From NCBI GenBank assembly GCA_001275005.1, contig JWZX01002840.1, positions 1 through 39,067 of the forward strand: a stretch of 39,067 nucleotides of DNA. The letters run 5' to 3'. Both the position numbers and the translations under genes were made by a program. The stretch comes from Chrysochromulina tobinii. Lineage: Eukaryota. Shown here piece by piece: positions 1-10,593 of this stretch. Below the pieces are notes generated by a model that saw nothing but the letters and a program-made list of their open reading frames with translations, was not told where the DNA came from and ran no database searches. How positions within the stretch are numbered: position 1 is the first letter of the stretch; each line of letters begins with the position of its first letter.

Positions 1-304
1 CTCCCGGCTGGCGGCTCGGTCGCGCGTCTGGACCGGGACCCGACCCCTCCGCTCGCGACCGGCCCCACGTGCCCCGGGCGTATTGCGTGGTTTTCCGTTA
101 GAGACGACCCCCGTGCGCATTTAAAACCGCGGGTAAACCGCGGGTAGCCTGTCGGCGCGATCCCCCTCATCAACCGGACTTTGACAGGCATCACCAAGTT
201 TAACCTTAAGATACACCCACGGGTGCGCTCGACTCGGCTAACTATCACTCTTCTATCTGAGACTGCAGACTCGCTCGATCAGACACGGCTGGAGTTGGTC
301 TGAT

Positions 305-1363
305 CTACACCCCCCACTCTCCGTGGGGCGCGGACTCGAAGTCGACCTCTTTCGCGGTCGGGAACAACGGCCGAAAGGTGCCCACGTCCTTCCGTCCTTC
401 GTATCCGGTCCGGAAACGCTTCGCGGAGATTGGCCTCTCATCAAGGCTGATGTCATCTTTCGCCCTTGGCACCTGTTGAAACAAAGGGTCGTCTACGTCG
501 CGTGATTGCCTGCCGTCTGGGTCATCGGCCGTGGCGGCGAATTCCTGCACTGTTCGTGGCACCCCCATCGGGCCATTTGCGCTGAGCGCGGGCACCAAAA
601 AGTAGCCGGCCGCAACCACGAGCACGCCAAAGATGCCGCGGGCGATGTTCTGCTGCAGTACGAGGCCGGCGGGCCGGCTAGCCTTCCATTCATCTTCTTG
701 TGCTTGCTCCTTGCGAAGGAGCGCGACTGGGCTGAGTTTCTCTGGTTCGGGGCTGAGTTTCTCTGGTTCGGGCGCCGGCAACATGACCGCATCGATGATG
801 TGGATCACGCCGTTCGAGCACTCTACGTCGGTCTTCGTGACATTGGCGCTGTTAACCATGACGCCGTCCTTGCCGACCTTGATGGTGATCTCGGCGCCGT
901 TGACGGTTGTCACCTTCTTGCCATCCATGGTGACGACGGTGCTGGCCATCACCTTGCCAGACAAGACGTGGTACGTGAGGATGCTGGCGAGCTTCGCCTT
1001 GTTCTCGGGCTTGAGGAGGTTGTCAACGGTGCCGGCGGGCAGCTTGGCAAAGGCTTCATCCGTCGGCGCGAAGACGGTGAAGGGCCCGGCGGTCTTTATG
1101 GTATCGGCGAGGCCGGCAGCACCTAGGGCTGCGGCGAGGGTCTTGAAAGCGCCAGAGCCAACCGTGTCAGCGATGTCTGCCTTCTTCTCCGCCTTTACCG
1201 AAGAAGAAAGTCGCTTCCCTTCGTCGTACCACGAAGACACCGCATTCACCGTGCCCGAGCGCGTCGCATGTGACGAGGCGGAGGTAGGCGGGAGCGTTAT
1301 GGGTGCGCGGAAGGCAGCAGCGCCCGTGCCCAGCATTATTTTGAGCGTGAGGACGGCGCGCAT
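305..1363 (-). CDS. Fasciclin (FAS1) domain protein with N-terminal targeting peptide and a C-terminal TM segment
   Basis: FAS1 motifs [19 protein letters not shown] and [11 protein letters not shown]. First ATG at 1363 ([21 protein letters not shown]). Hydrophobic [18 protein letters not shown] after the domain. Confidence 0.92.
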   Translation of the reverse strand: MRAVLTLKIMLGTGAAAFRAPITLPPTSASSHATRSGTVNAVSSWYDEGKRLSSSVKAEKKADIADTVGSGAFKTLAAALGAAGLADTIKTAGPFTVFAPTDEAFAKLPAGTVDNLLKPENKAKLASILTYHVLSGKVMASTVVTMDGKKVTTVNGAEITIKVGKDGVMVNSANVTKTDVECSNGVIHIIDAVMLPAPEPEKLSPEPEKLSPVALLRKEQAQEDEWKASRPAGLVLQQNIARGIFGVLVVAAGYFLVPALSANGPMGVPRTVQEFAATADDPDGRQSRDVDDPLFQQVPRAKDDISLDERPISAKRFRTGYEGRKDVGTFRPLFPTAKEVDFESAPHGEWGV

Positions 1364-1651
1364 GATTGACAATGATCAGCGTCCAAGTCAAAGATTCGTC
1401 AAAAGAGCAGCGTCATGTTCAAGAATCTTGATGATGTGGGACATCATGGCGATCAGAAACAGGGTGACTGCCTGCAACACGCTCCCCTAGTTGCTAGTAC
1501 CTACAGTAGATTCACTCCTACCACACACATCGCTCACATAAATCAGACGCGACTGCCGCGCTCCCCATGAATCCATGATTGATTCCCACTTCTTACAGTA
1601 ATATGAACTTGGCCGTCTCTTTGCCGCGCACCAGCGTTGGAGGACGACTGC

Positions 1652-2455
1652 TCATTGGCTGAACGGGTACTGCACAATGTCGCCGCGCAAGATGTTCTCC
1701 CTTTCGAAGCCGACATGGAACTCGTCGACGCTGGCCGGGCAGGGCGGCCGAGGTGCCACCGAGGCGTTGAGGAAACAGTTGTGGATGACCTTCTCGCACA
1801 GCGCGAAGGTGAGCGGGATCGCTTTGTTGTACCTGCGACCAGAGCCATGGCACGCAGTCGTCGGTGAGCACCGAGGGCGCATAAACGAACCCAACGAGGG
1901 CGCCGTCACGAGCGTTGGTGCTCCATCTCACTCCGAAATAAAGAAGGAGATGTTGAGACCCACAGCCTGGACCGCCGTTTCCAGCAGCGTCGGCTCCCAG
2001 AGCTGCTTGAGGTAGGCGAACGCCCAGCACTTGCGACCCAATGTGGACGGGCTCTCGATCCGTGGAGCAGTGGGTGGCATGGGCGTTTGGAAATAACCTA
2101 CTTGGAAGTCGAGCCAAGTCCCCATGAAAGAACCGCCCGCGAGGGTTTCGTTCGACATTGCCGTGTTCATCCACTCGACCGTGTCCTTGGCGTAGCTTGT
2201 GTTGAGGCACGTGGTCGGGCCGGAGAGGGCAGCCAACATGTCATGCATGTATGTGGCCTGCGACGGCCAGTCCTCATGAGCGACATCCTTCGAGACATTC
2301 TTCCAGCTCTCGCCGCAATAGTACGAGGGAGACTGCGTGAGCGAGGCGCAAATCCGTTGCCGCCTGAACAGCAGGTTAGCATCCGATGCGCCACAGCCAT
2401 CCAATTCCCGTGCAGCGCTGAGCGTCAGAACTGCGGCCCAGAGGACCGACTTCAT
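1652..2455 (-). CDS. Secreted Cys-containing hypothetical protein, 2 exons (2455-1932, 1832-1652)
   Basis: Signal peptide MKSVLWAAVLTLSAA. A GTGAG...CGCAG intron at 1931-1833 (99 nt) joins FFISE to YNKAIPLTFALC in frame, linking ORFs 1928..2455 and 1652..1909. Confidence 0.75.
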
Positions 2456-2802
2456 GCCGGCCGCCGCCCGGACCCGCGAGTTTGTGTCTTTCCGGAAACC
2501 GTTTCAAAGACGGCACAGAAGTCGGCCGTGGGGAGTCCGTGGGGTTGACTCCGGGGTCGTGGCGAAGTGCGCGTGTGCGTTGGCGGTTCGGGATCGTTGT
2601 GAGGTTCGTCTTTGTGATCCGTGTAGGATTCCTACATTTGTATAGTCCTGTATGTGTCCCGGGCGCCTATGGCCGCTCGCGCCCCTGGCCTACTTGTGGG
2701 ACGACTGAAGATTGCAGTGCGACATTAGGTCGTGCAATTAGCAATTTGGCCCGAGGGCGGCGTGCCCAGGAGCCACGTGTCCGTGACCTATTCCTCGCAG
2801 TC

Positions 2803-4434
2803 ATGATCGCCAGCTTGACAAGGAGCACACGGCACTCTTCCCGCTCGCTCCGGACCGTCCTCCGCCCCGCACGACGCCGCCTCTGCTCGTCCGTCGGTTC
2901 CACTCCTCCGCCTTCGAGCGTCGAAACCGCCGAGGTGCTCTGGCCCATAGGTGCTGGTGCGGTCCTCGTGACGGGTGTGCTCCTAGGCGGCATCGCCCTG
3001 CGAAGCGATCGCCCGATCCGGAGGCTGCATTCGTGGGTCGACGCCGCGGGACGTCACGCAAGCGCAGATCAACTCACCTTTTCGTGGATCTTGCGCGTCG
3101 CCATCGCCTTCGGTCTGACGCAGCTGCCCGCGGACTCGCTCCGACAGCGCCAGGTGAGCCTGGGCGCCCTGACCGCGTGGGGCGGGCTGCTCGGCAGCTT
3201 TGAGAACGACTACGAGCAGCAGGCGATCGCGCTCGCCGCACTCTGCGCCCTGCTGGACAGCGAGGCGTCCGTCGACGCCTTCCGCCGCGAGACGAGTTGG
3301 TACGACGCCCTCGTCGGCGCGCTGCCGGCGCTTGTGCATGAGTCATCCCAGGCGCTCGAGATGCCGGAGATTTTGGTGGACACGCTGAGCCTGTGCTGCA
3401 CGGCCGCAAGCCATCCGATGTTCACGCACACACCGAACGACGCGTGGCTCTGGGAGCGGCTGCTCGAGCAGAGCGCTGCCTCGGTGCCGTATGAGCCCGA
3501 CGCGGCGCTCTTCTTCGCCTGCCTGGCGGCGACGCTCGCGGAGAAGCACGACGTGGCGCTCGCGATGCTGCGGAACGCGGAGGTGAAGCGCGCGCTCGTG
3601 CACCTGGCCGAGTCCGACGCCGACGACGGCGTGAGCAGCGAGAGAGATGGCACTAGCCTCAAGGGAGGTGGCCGAGGAAGTAGCCTGCTACGGATGGGCA
3701 GCAGGGCGAGCAGCGGAGCCGGCAGCGTCTCGCCTTCCACAAGCTGGGATGCGAGTGGCGCGGCGCTGGACGGCGCTGCCGCTGCCGAGCCCACGAGCCC
3801 CGCCGAGCTCGAGCTCGCCTACGCGCGCCTCGCCCTCCACAAGCTCGCGCTGACCGCAGAGAGCCTCGCAGCGAGCACGGAGCTGAGCAGGGAGGAGCGG
3901 CTCGAGATTGACGAACCATTCGTGCGCACGTACCGTGAGCACGTGGCGCCGCCGCTGCCGACGCGCCCACCACAGCGCGCCTTTGCGCCTAGCGCGGAGG
4001 AGCAGATCGCTCTCAGCATCCTCTCGGTGGCCACCTGTGCCCTCGGCGGCGTGGTCTGGGGCGCCGTTGCGGGCGCGCTCGCGACGGCGCGCGCGCGCCG
4101 TCCCGTGTGGCGCTCGGCTCTGCTCACGGCAGCGGGGGCGGCCTTCTTCGAGACGCTCATGCAGACGAAACTCGCGCTGCTCGCGCGTGCTCGTGCGCGG
4201 GGCGTGCCCGATGCTACGAGCGCGATCCCGCCGCCGTACGCCACGCTGCGCGCGCTCGTGCTCACCACGAGCGTCGATCTCGGGATGAGCTGCGCGGCGC
4301 TGCATGCGCTCGTGCAACCGAACCGCGTGCCGCTCGCCTTTGGCGGCTGGCTGATCGGCCGCGGGCTCATGCTCTCGCAGGAGTTGCTCAGCGTCGACAT
4401 CATCGAAGAGGTCGTCGAGGAGCGACCGCGATGA
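2803..4434 (+). CDS. Hypothetical membrane protein, probably mitochondrion-targeted, helical-repeat-like core
   Basis: Long ORF from ATG 2803. R/S-rich N-terminus (MIASLTRSTRHSSRSLRTVLRPARRRLCSS), a TM helix, and hydrophobic C-terminal segments. Confidence 0.65.
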   Translation: MIASLTRSTRHSSRSLRTVLRPARRRLCSSVGSTPPPSSVETAEVLWPIGAGAVLVTGVLLGGIALRSDRPIRRLHSWVDAAGRHASADQLTFSWILRVAIAFGLTQLPADSLRQRQVSLGALTAWGGLLGSFENDYEQQAIALAALCALLDSEASVDAFRRETSWYDALVGALPALVHESSQALEMPEILVDTLSLCCTAASHPMFTHTPNDAWLWERLLEQSAASVPYEPDAALFFACLAATLAEKHDVALAMLRNAEVKRALVHLAESDADDGVSSERDGTSLKGGGRGSSLLRMGSRASSGAGSVSPSTSWDASGAALDGAAAAEPTSPAELELAYARLALHKLALTAESLAASTELSREERLEIDEPFVRTYREHVAPPLPTRPPQRAFAPSAEEQIALSILSVATCALGGVVWGAVAGALATARARRPVWRSALLTAAGAAFFETLMQTKLALLARARARGVPDATSAIPPPYATLRALVLTTSVDLGMSCAALHALVQPNRVPLAFGGWLIGRGLMLSQELLSVDIIEEVVEERPR

Positions 4435-4552
4435 GGAATCATGGTCGACAGGGTGCGTTGTCTTTTCGTTTTAAATTCACACTTGACCGTTGTGCTCAGC
4501 CACGTTCATTGTTTTCCTAAAAAAGCACAGGAAAACCCTTTTTAGGAAAACC

Positions 4553-6793
4553 ATGGGGAAGGGCCTTGGCTCAGGGTTGCGGGCTCGCGGCGGTGGCGCC
4601 GCTCATGAAAAAGAGCAATTCTTACAAGACAACAATCCCAAGGATCTCGATGCACGAAAGTGCACCGACGTCTTTTGTCTCCTCATCTTTGGCATCTTCT
4701 GGATGGTTCTGATCGCCATCTGGTCTATCATTCTCAACCTCGGCGACGAGAGGAAAGTCTTCTACGGCATCGACTACGAGGGCAACGTGTGTGGCACAGA
4801 AACCTCTCGTGTCAACCTCAGCACGTCCCCCAAGATATGGTATCCACGTATAGCGCAGGACGTTGCCGCTCAGCCCGAAACGTTCGCATCAGGGTTCTGG
4901 TGGGACATCGACCTGTACGGCGTGTGCGTGGAAGAATGCCCCAAGTTCGACCCGGAATCAGGTGTTCCCGGAACTGCGGTCAAGGTGATCCCTGACTACG
5001 GCTGGGGCGTGTATCCCGATGCCAAGGCACCGATGTGGCCAGTGCTCCTGAATACGTTTGACGTGGCCAACCGCTGCGTACCGACTAAGGAGAAGACGTC
5101 GAGGTCGCTGGTGCTCTGCACGATGCCCATCTGCACGATGGTCCACGCGCCGTGCTCACCGCTCTCGGGCTCGCTTGGCATCCCCGAGGGCGCGTGGGAG
5201 ATGACCAAAGAGCACCCAGCCTCCCTCTGTGGCCGCGAGATAAACTTCGCCTATTCGGTCGACATCGAGCAACCGGGCTCCACAGAATATCTTGAATGGA
5301 TGTTCTACGCGCTGACAAAGTTCGGCGAGACGTGCAACGCGATTGCGGACAACTGGGGCACCCTCCTGGGGTTCGGCGTCGGCCTTACCCTTCTGCTCAA
5401 CTTCAGCTGGCTCGTGATCTTCTACTGCTTCGCGCGCGTCGCCGTGTGGCTCTCAATCTTCGTGATGGGCTTAGCGCTCGCGCTCGGCGCCATCTTCTGC
5501 TTCGTCAAGGCGGGTCTCATCGGGCGGGCATCGCTTGCCGTGCAGGCAGCCTCGTACCACAATCTCACGATGAGCCACGCCCCGGGAATCGCAGAATGGG
5601 ATACGGTCTCACGGGCGGGCCAATTCCTTGCCCCAGTAGAGGAGGATCAGGCTGGTGCGATGGCCGCCGCGGCCCTCGTCCTGCTCCTCCTGCTGCTCAT
5701 CTTCTCGATCCTCATCTGCTGCTCCTGTGAGGCCATCGAGAAGTGCGTGCTGCTGATCCAGATGGCATCGCTCACGCTCGGAAGGACCTCCGGCCTCGCC
5801 ATCATGCCTCTCTTCATCGTCGCTCTGCAGCTGCTTTTGCTCGGCGCCACGCTCTTCTTCCTTGCCGTGCTACCCACCGTCGACATCGCGGGCACCATGG
5901 AGGAGCGCATCGCGTTCAGCAGCACCAGTGAGTGGCACATTTGGGTCGCCGGCGCCTATCTCGTCACGGGCGCCGCGTGGACGTATGCCTTCTTCACGGC
6001 CGTTACCCTCATGACCGTCGCCGCGTGCGTCTTCTACTTCTACTTCGTGGACAAGAAGTCGGTGCCCGCTGCGGCTTACATGGAGCAGTACGACGACAAC
6101 CAGACCGACTACCCTGTGGTGAAGCACTTGGGCTGGGTGCTTCGGTATCATGTGGGCACGCTCGCGTTTGGCTCGGCGGTCGTCACTATCTGCGTCCTCA
6201 TCCAGATGGCCACGAGCGCCATCTTTACCTACCTCGAGAAGAACAGCGCCAGCAACCCCTTCCTCAAGATGATCTCGTGCTGTATCTCGTGCTGCCTAGA
6301 GTGCTTCAAGAGGTCGATCGAGTTCGTCAACTCGTACGCGTATATCTACTGTTTCGTCGAGAACGTCGGCTTCTGCGAGGGGAGCCTCAAGACCTTCAAC
6401 CTCATGTTGAAGTACCCCGCACAAGTCGCCATCAACACGTCCGTGCAGCGCGTGCTCTCGACGCTCTTGACGCTCAGCACGCCGCTTGCGTGCTCCCTCG
6501 TCGCGTTTTCGTACTTCGACTTCCTCGCCGCCGACGCGCCGGCGCGTACGAGCGAAGGCTCGTACTTGCTACCCCTGGCGGTCTTTGTGATCGCGCTCTT
6601 CATGACCTTGGCGTTCGCGGGCGTCTGGGAGCAGGTGGTGCAGTCGCTCACGGTGTGCGTCATTCATGACGTTGAGTCCTTTAATGGAAGGTTCCTGCGC
6701 AAGGAGATGGTCGAGGCCTTTGGTAACCCGGCAAAGGGCGGCGAGCTCCCATCGTCCTCACGACTTTACGAGAAGGGCACAATCAATCCCTAG
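4553..6793 (+). CDS. Choline transporter-like protein (CTL/SLC44/PNS1 family)
   Basis: Motifs RKCTDVFCL, YGIDYEGNVCG, CVEECP, RYHVGTLAFGS, CCISCCLECF and NSYAYI. About 10 TM helices. First ATG at 4553. Confidence 0.93.
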   Translation: MGKGLGSGLRARGGGAAHEKEQFLQDNNPKDLDARKCTDVFCLLIFGIFWMVLIAIWSIILNLGDERKVFYGIDYEGNVCGTETSRVNLSTSPKIWYPRIAQDVAAQPETFASGFWWDIDLYGVCVEECPKFDPESGVPGTAVKVIPDYGWGVYPDAKAPMWPVLLNTFDVANRCVPTKEKTSRSLVLCTMPICTMVHAPCSPLSGSLGIPEGAWEMTKEHPASLCGREINFAYSVDIEQPGSTEYLEWMFYALTKFGETCNAIADNWGTLLGFGVGLTLLLNFSWLVIFYCFARVAVWLSIFVMGLALALGAIFCFVKAGLIGRASLAVQAASYHNLTMSHAPGIAEWDTVSRAGQFLAPVEEDQAGAMAAAALVLLLLLLIFSILICCSCEAIEKCVLLIQMASLTLGRTSGLAIMPLFIVALQLLLLGATLFFLAVLPTVDIAGTMEERIAFSSTSEWHIWVAGAYLVTGAAWTYAFFTAVTLMTVAACVFYFYFVDKKSVPAAAYMEQYDDNQTDYPVVKHLGWVLRYHVGTLAFGSAVVTICVLIQMATSAIFTYLEKNSASNPFLKMISCCISCCLECFKRSIEFVNSYAYIYCFVENVGFCEGSLKTFNLMLKYPAQVAINTSVQRVLSTLLTLSTPLACSLVAFSYFDFLAADAPARTSEGSYLLPLAVFVIALFMTLAFAGVWEQVVQSLTVCVIHDVESFNGRFLRKEMVEAFGNPAKGGELPSSSRLYEKGTINP

Positions 6794-7037
6794 GTGCCCC
6801 TTCGGTTACGTGGTGAGTGTTGTGACTACTTGAACATGTGTCCATTTAGGCCCACAGTCCGTCGTATCTCGCTGTAGATGGACGGTGCGTGGCGCATGTG
6901 CTGCGTAGCACTTCGCATCCCCCTCTGGCTTAAACCGCTCGCTTTTTGCTCTGTGAATTCACATTTCCCAGTTCCCCACATAATCACACGATGCCGATCG
7001 GCTCCCGCACCGGCTCGACTGGCCGATCGCAGCCAGG

Positions 7038-9899
7038 ATGCCGACTCTCACACTGACTCCGCTTGCGCTACTAGATGATCCCGAGTGTTTGCCCGTCGAC
7101 TGTGCCTTTGACGCGCAAACGCTCCACGATGTCTTGCGTGGGCTGGTGCTCAGCCGGCGCGAGTCGGTCATGAGGCAGGTCGCTTCCATGCGGTGCATGA
7201 GCGGCGAGCTTCATGAGTCCGAGCGCTCCATGCGCGCAGCGGTCGCGGGGGCACGCGCAGCCGAAGCCAAGGCTAAAGAAGCCGTCGCACGCGCCGCGAT
7301 CGAGCGGCGGTTGCTCTCGCAGGAGCTGGCTAGCAGTGAGCTACGCGTGGTTCGCTTGGCATACCGGCTTGAGCAGGAGGCGGCATCAGCGCAGCAATAC
7401 CGCCATGCCGCCGCGCAGCACCAGCAGGCTGCGGCGCAGCACCAACAGGCCGCGGCGCAACATCTGGCCACCTCGATGCGCGCCGTCGCAATGCTGCAGG
7501 AGCGTGAGAAGCAGCCACCGCCGCCACCTGTGGATGGCGAGGTGCGGACCAGGCTTCTCATGCAGCTGGAGCTCGAGGCGCAGCGCCGCGCCGCCGCTGA
7601 GGAGAGCTCGCGTGTCCTCGCGAGCGCGCTTGCTGACTGCGCCCTGTCGACAAAGCCAAGTGCCACCGCTGCAACGGATGCCGCAGCAGCTGTTCCTCGG
7701 CCCTCGCGGTCGACGGTGGTCGAGGCTGCCATCGCGACCCTGACTGCAAAGCCTACCCTCACCGCTGCTGATGTGGCCGCGGAGGCAACCTCCGCTCAGG
7801 CCCAACACAGGCCTTTTCCGCATGCAGTGACCTCCATTGAGTCCGCTTCTGTTGGTGCCGCTGAGGCCCAGCACAGCCCATGCCCTCCTGCCGCCTCTAT
7901 TGCTACCGCCTCTAGTGCTGACGCCCTGAGCAGAATGGCTAAGCCACTGAGCACTGTCACGACAACACCTCCTTCTGCCGCCGCCATCAAGCCTCAACGG
8001 CCGCCGTCTCCTCAATCTCTCTTTGACGTCACCGATGATGGCGCCGCCTCCACCACCGCTGGCTCCTCCACCAACGCCTCGTCCGTTGCTGCCTCTTCAA
8101 TCGAGGCCCCAGCGACCGCTGCGAACGCTGCGAACGCGGTGCCAAATGTGGATGAGTTGCGACAACCTGCAAGCACGCCTGCACGCATGCCTGCACGCAT
8201 GCCTGCAACGTTCCAGCAAATCAGGGAGCTCCATAAGCTGACTGGGCGCAACCTTATGGACTGCAAGCAGGCACTCAACGAATACAACTGCGACCTCGAG
8301 GCCGCGGTCAACGCGCTCGCCATCAGCACCCGCGACGCGGCGGCGGTAGCCTCCGAGGGTGCTCCTTTCGCAGGAAACTCTGCGGGGGCGAAACCCGCCG
8401 CACCTGCAGCGGAGCCCGACGACGACGCCGTAGCTGGAACTGGCGTGTGTGATCAGTACCGCATCGATCTGGCAGCAGCATCGTTTGGTCAGTGCCTGTG
8501 TGGCTTCCCGCGCAGTGCTCATGGAGTCAGCAGCTTCCAAAAGAAGCCTGGGGCCCTGGGCAACCGGGCTCTTTCACGGGGATGTTCGGTCACGTCGGCA
8601 ACGGCGCCAGAGAGGGTGGCAGCAGCGTCAGGGAGGGCGGCAGTGGCGCCGGGGACGGCGGCAGCGGCGCTAGGGCGGGCAGCCGCTTCAATAGAGAGGG
8701 CGGCAGCGGCGCCAGAGCGGGCGGCAGTGGTGCCGGGAAAGGTTGCCGCGGGCACGAGCCCTGCACATCGTGACCGCCGCGAGACACGGGGCGTCCTTCA
8801 CTGCTCGCCTCCGCCGCGCCCACCTGTCGCGAATCCGAATCCGCCAATGCTCGCGCTAGTGCCAGCGACGGGCCAACCGGTGGCGCCACCCGCAGACCTT
8901 CCACTGCCTACCCGAGTGCCGTCGAGCGCTGTATCGAGCACGTCGCCTCCGCTGAGATGTGGCGGCCCGGAACGAAAGAGCGCGCTGCCGGACGTCGTAG
9001 TGCCTGTGGCCGCTGCTTCGCCTCGGGCAGTTGGGGCCATCTCCACGGCCGCTGCATCGCCTCCTCGCACTCGCGTGGAGGCTGCGCCGCCTGCTTGGAC
9101 TCCCCTCGCCGCTACGCCGCCGGCTCTCACTCCGGTGGCTGTGATGCCACCCGTGTTCACACCTGGAAGCACGTCACCGCCTGCTCGGACTGCATTGTCC
9201 GCTTTGGGGGGTGCGGGGGCAGAGTGTGAACAGTCTCTGGACTGTGAACAGTCTGCTGGGATGGCCGGCGCCGATCTCTCCACCGTCGATGCGCTGGCCT
9301 ACCCAGTCACGGCCGTCGCTGCCGCGTCGGTGCAGCTACTGGCCACGCAGCCCAGGATAGCGCCGCCTGTGGAAATGGAGGCGTCACGAGCTCGAGCCTT
9401 CCAGGCACGCGTGCGAGCTCTGTTCACAGAGAAGGTTGGCGAGGGCTCCGACGCCAACGGCGCCGCTGTGGCGGCACTCCGGCAGGCCCAGGCAGAGTAC
9501 CTCATGCCCCATGATGCCACGGCGGCGGCCATGGCATACACGCCGGCACGGCCGCGTCGACCCCCCGCGCCGCCTGCGCCGGCCAGGGACGAGCTCAGTT
9601 GTGCAGGTGGTGGCAGAAGTCTCGGCATCGACGCGCGAGGGAGTACTGCCGTTTCATCTGTGAACGATCTCTGTGAAGGGAGCACCGCCGTCTCCTTGCT
9701 GCAGAGGAACGTGCGGAACCTGAGTGCTGCGCGCGTCGAGGTGGCAACCCGGCGCGAGCTGCGGCTCAGGCAACTCGAGGCCTCGCTGGTCAAAACGTCA
9801 CCGGTGAGGCCTGCCAGCGCCGCCTCTTTCCGCGATGACGAGGGCTCGAGCGGGCGCGCCTCAACCTCCCCCACATCCTCCCCCTCGGATCCGCTATGA
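7038..9899 (+). CDS. Large Ala/Pro-rich protein with coiled coil, EF-Ts-N-type UBA-like module and CxC..H motif
   Basis: 953-aa ATG-started ORF. Contains QIRELHKLTGRNLMDCKQALNEYNCDLEAAVNAL and CDQYRIDLAAASFGQCLCGFPRSAH. Confidence 0.7.
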   Translation: MPTLTLTPLALLDDPECLPVDCAFDAQTLHDVLRGLVLSRRESVMRQVASMRCMSGELHESERSMRAAVAGARAAEAKAKEAVARAAIERRLLSQELASSELRVVRLAYRLEQEAASAQQYRHAAAQHQQAAAQHQQAAAQHLATSMRAVAMLQEREKQPPPPPVDGEVRTRLLMQLELEAQRRAAAEESSRVLASALADCALSTKPSATAATDAAAAVPRPSRSTVVEAAIATLTAKPTLTAADVAAEATSAQAQHRPFPHAVTSIESASVGAAEAQHSPCPPAASIATASSADALSRMAKPLSTVTTTPPSAAAIKPQRPPSPQSLFDVTDDGAASTTAGSSTNASSVAASSIEAPATAANAANAVPNVDELRQPASTPARMPARMPATFQQIRELHKLTGRNLMDCKQALNEYNCDLEAAVNALAISTRDAAAVASEGAPFAGNSAGAKPAAPAAEPDDDAVAGTGVCDQYRIDLAAASFGQCLCGFPRSAHGVSSFQKKPGALGNRALSRGCSVTSATAPERVAAASGRAAVAPGTAAAALGRAAASIERAAAAPERAAVVPGKVAAGTSPAHRDRRETRGVLHCSPPPRPPVANPNPPMLALVPATGQPVAPPADLPLPTRVPSSAVSSTSPPLRCGGPERKSALPDVVVPVAAASPRAVGAISTAAASPPRTRVEAAPPAWTPLAATPPALTPVAVMPPVFTPGSTSPPARTALSALGGAGAECEQSLDCEQSAGMAGADLSTVDALAYPVTAVAAASVQLLATQPRIAPPVEMEASRARAFQARVRALFTEKVGEGSDANGAAVAALRQAQAEYLMPHDATAAAMAYTPARPRRPPAPPAPARDELSCAGGGRSLGIDARGSTAVSSVNDLCEGSTAVSLLQRNVRNLSAARVEVATRRELRLRQLEASLVKTSPVRPASAASFRDDEGSSGRASTSPTSSPSDPL

Positions 9900-10086
9900 G
9901 GTTCCCATGGAGCTGTGTGCGTCTTTTATCTGGGAAGATCACCTCGCTATGAGGAGGAGTGAATCTTTGGCTGAGTCCCGTTGCTGTAGACTTCGACCTT
10001 TGACGAACCAATGACTTGATCAAACTTGGTTTCTGTTTTCTTCATCGAGGGGACCACTCCTGGCGACGCTCACAGCCGAGCTTGCG

Positions 10087-10593
10087 ATGGAGCACAAGAA
10101 GACGTCGCCCAAAAAGACGCTCTTCGACGTCGAGCACGGCCCTCGCATCGGCACACTCCACGAGATTCTAGGCATGGCGCCAGAAGAGCTTCACGAGGCC
10201 TACCCGTTCACGGCAGGGCTTGTATTCAACCAGAAGATGCTTCGCGGCGAGTTTCAAGCTTCCCAGGTTCCGGATGAGGTCGTTCTTGTCGGCAGCAAGA
10301 TATACCCGATGCCAGGCAATCATTACACCTTTCATGGCACATTGCCTGGGAACCGCGCGCCGTATCGTTGGGTTGTCGGAAATGAGGCAGGCGAGATCTT
10401 GCCACTCTTCCTCGAGATTGCATGGAAAGCGATCGAATCTGGCGAGGAGCGCTACAGCACCGCGACGGGGCTGCGCCTCGACACGCAACAGATCGCTCGG
10501 CTCTATGCGATGGTCCGCGAGGCGCAGCTTCGCGCCATCCCACCCTTTGATGTTCACCGCGACCAGCCGCGGCCGTGGTTGTCCACCCTATAG
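10087..10593 (+). CDS. Hypothetical protein (168 aa), no family recognised
   Basis: ATG-started ORF with globular, non-repetitive composition, unlike the Arg/Ala-rich shadow ORFs around it. Confidence 0.55.
   Translation: MEHKKTSPKKTLFDVEHGPRIGTLHEILGMAPEELHEAYPFTAGLVFNQKMLRGEFQASQVPDEVVLVGSKIYPMPGNHYTFHGTLPGNRAPYRWVVGNEAGEILPLFLEIAWKAIESGEERYSTATGLRLDTQQIARLYAMVREAQLRAIPPFDVHRDQPRPWLSTL

Noticed and set aside
633..1490. Long antisense ORFs overlapping real genes (here and throughout the window)
   Set aside because: Expected from high GC3 codon usage suppressing stop codons on the opposite strand.
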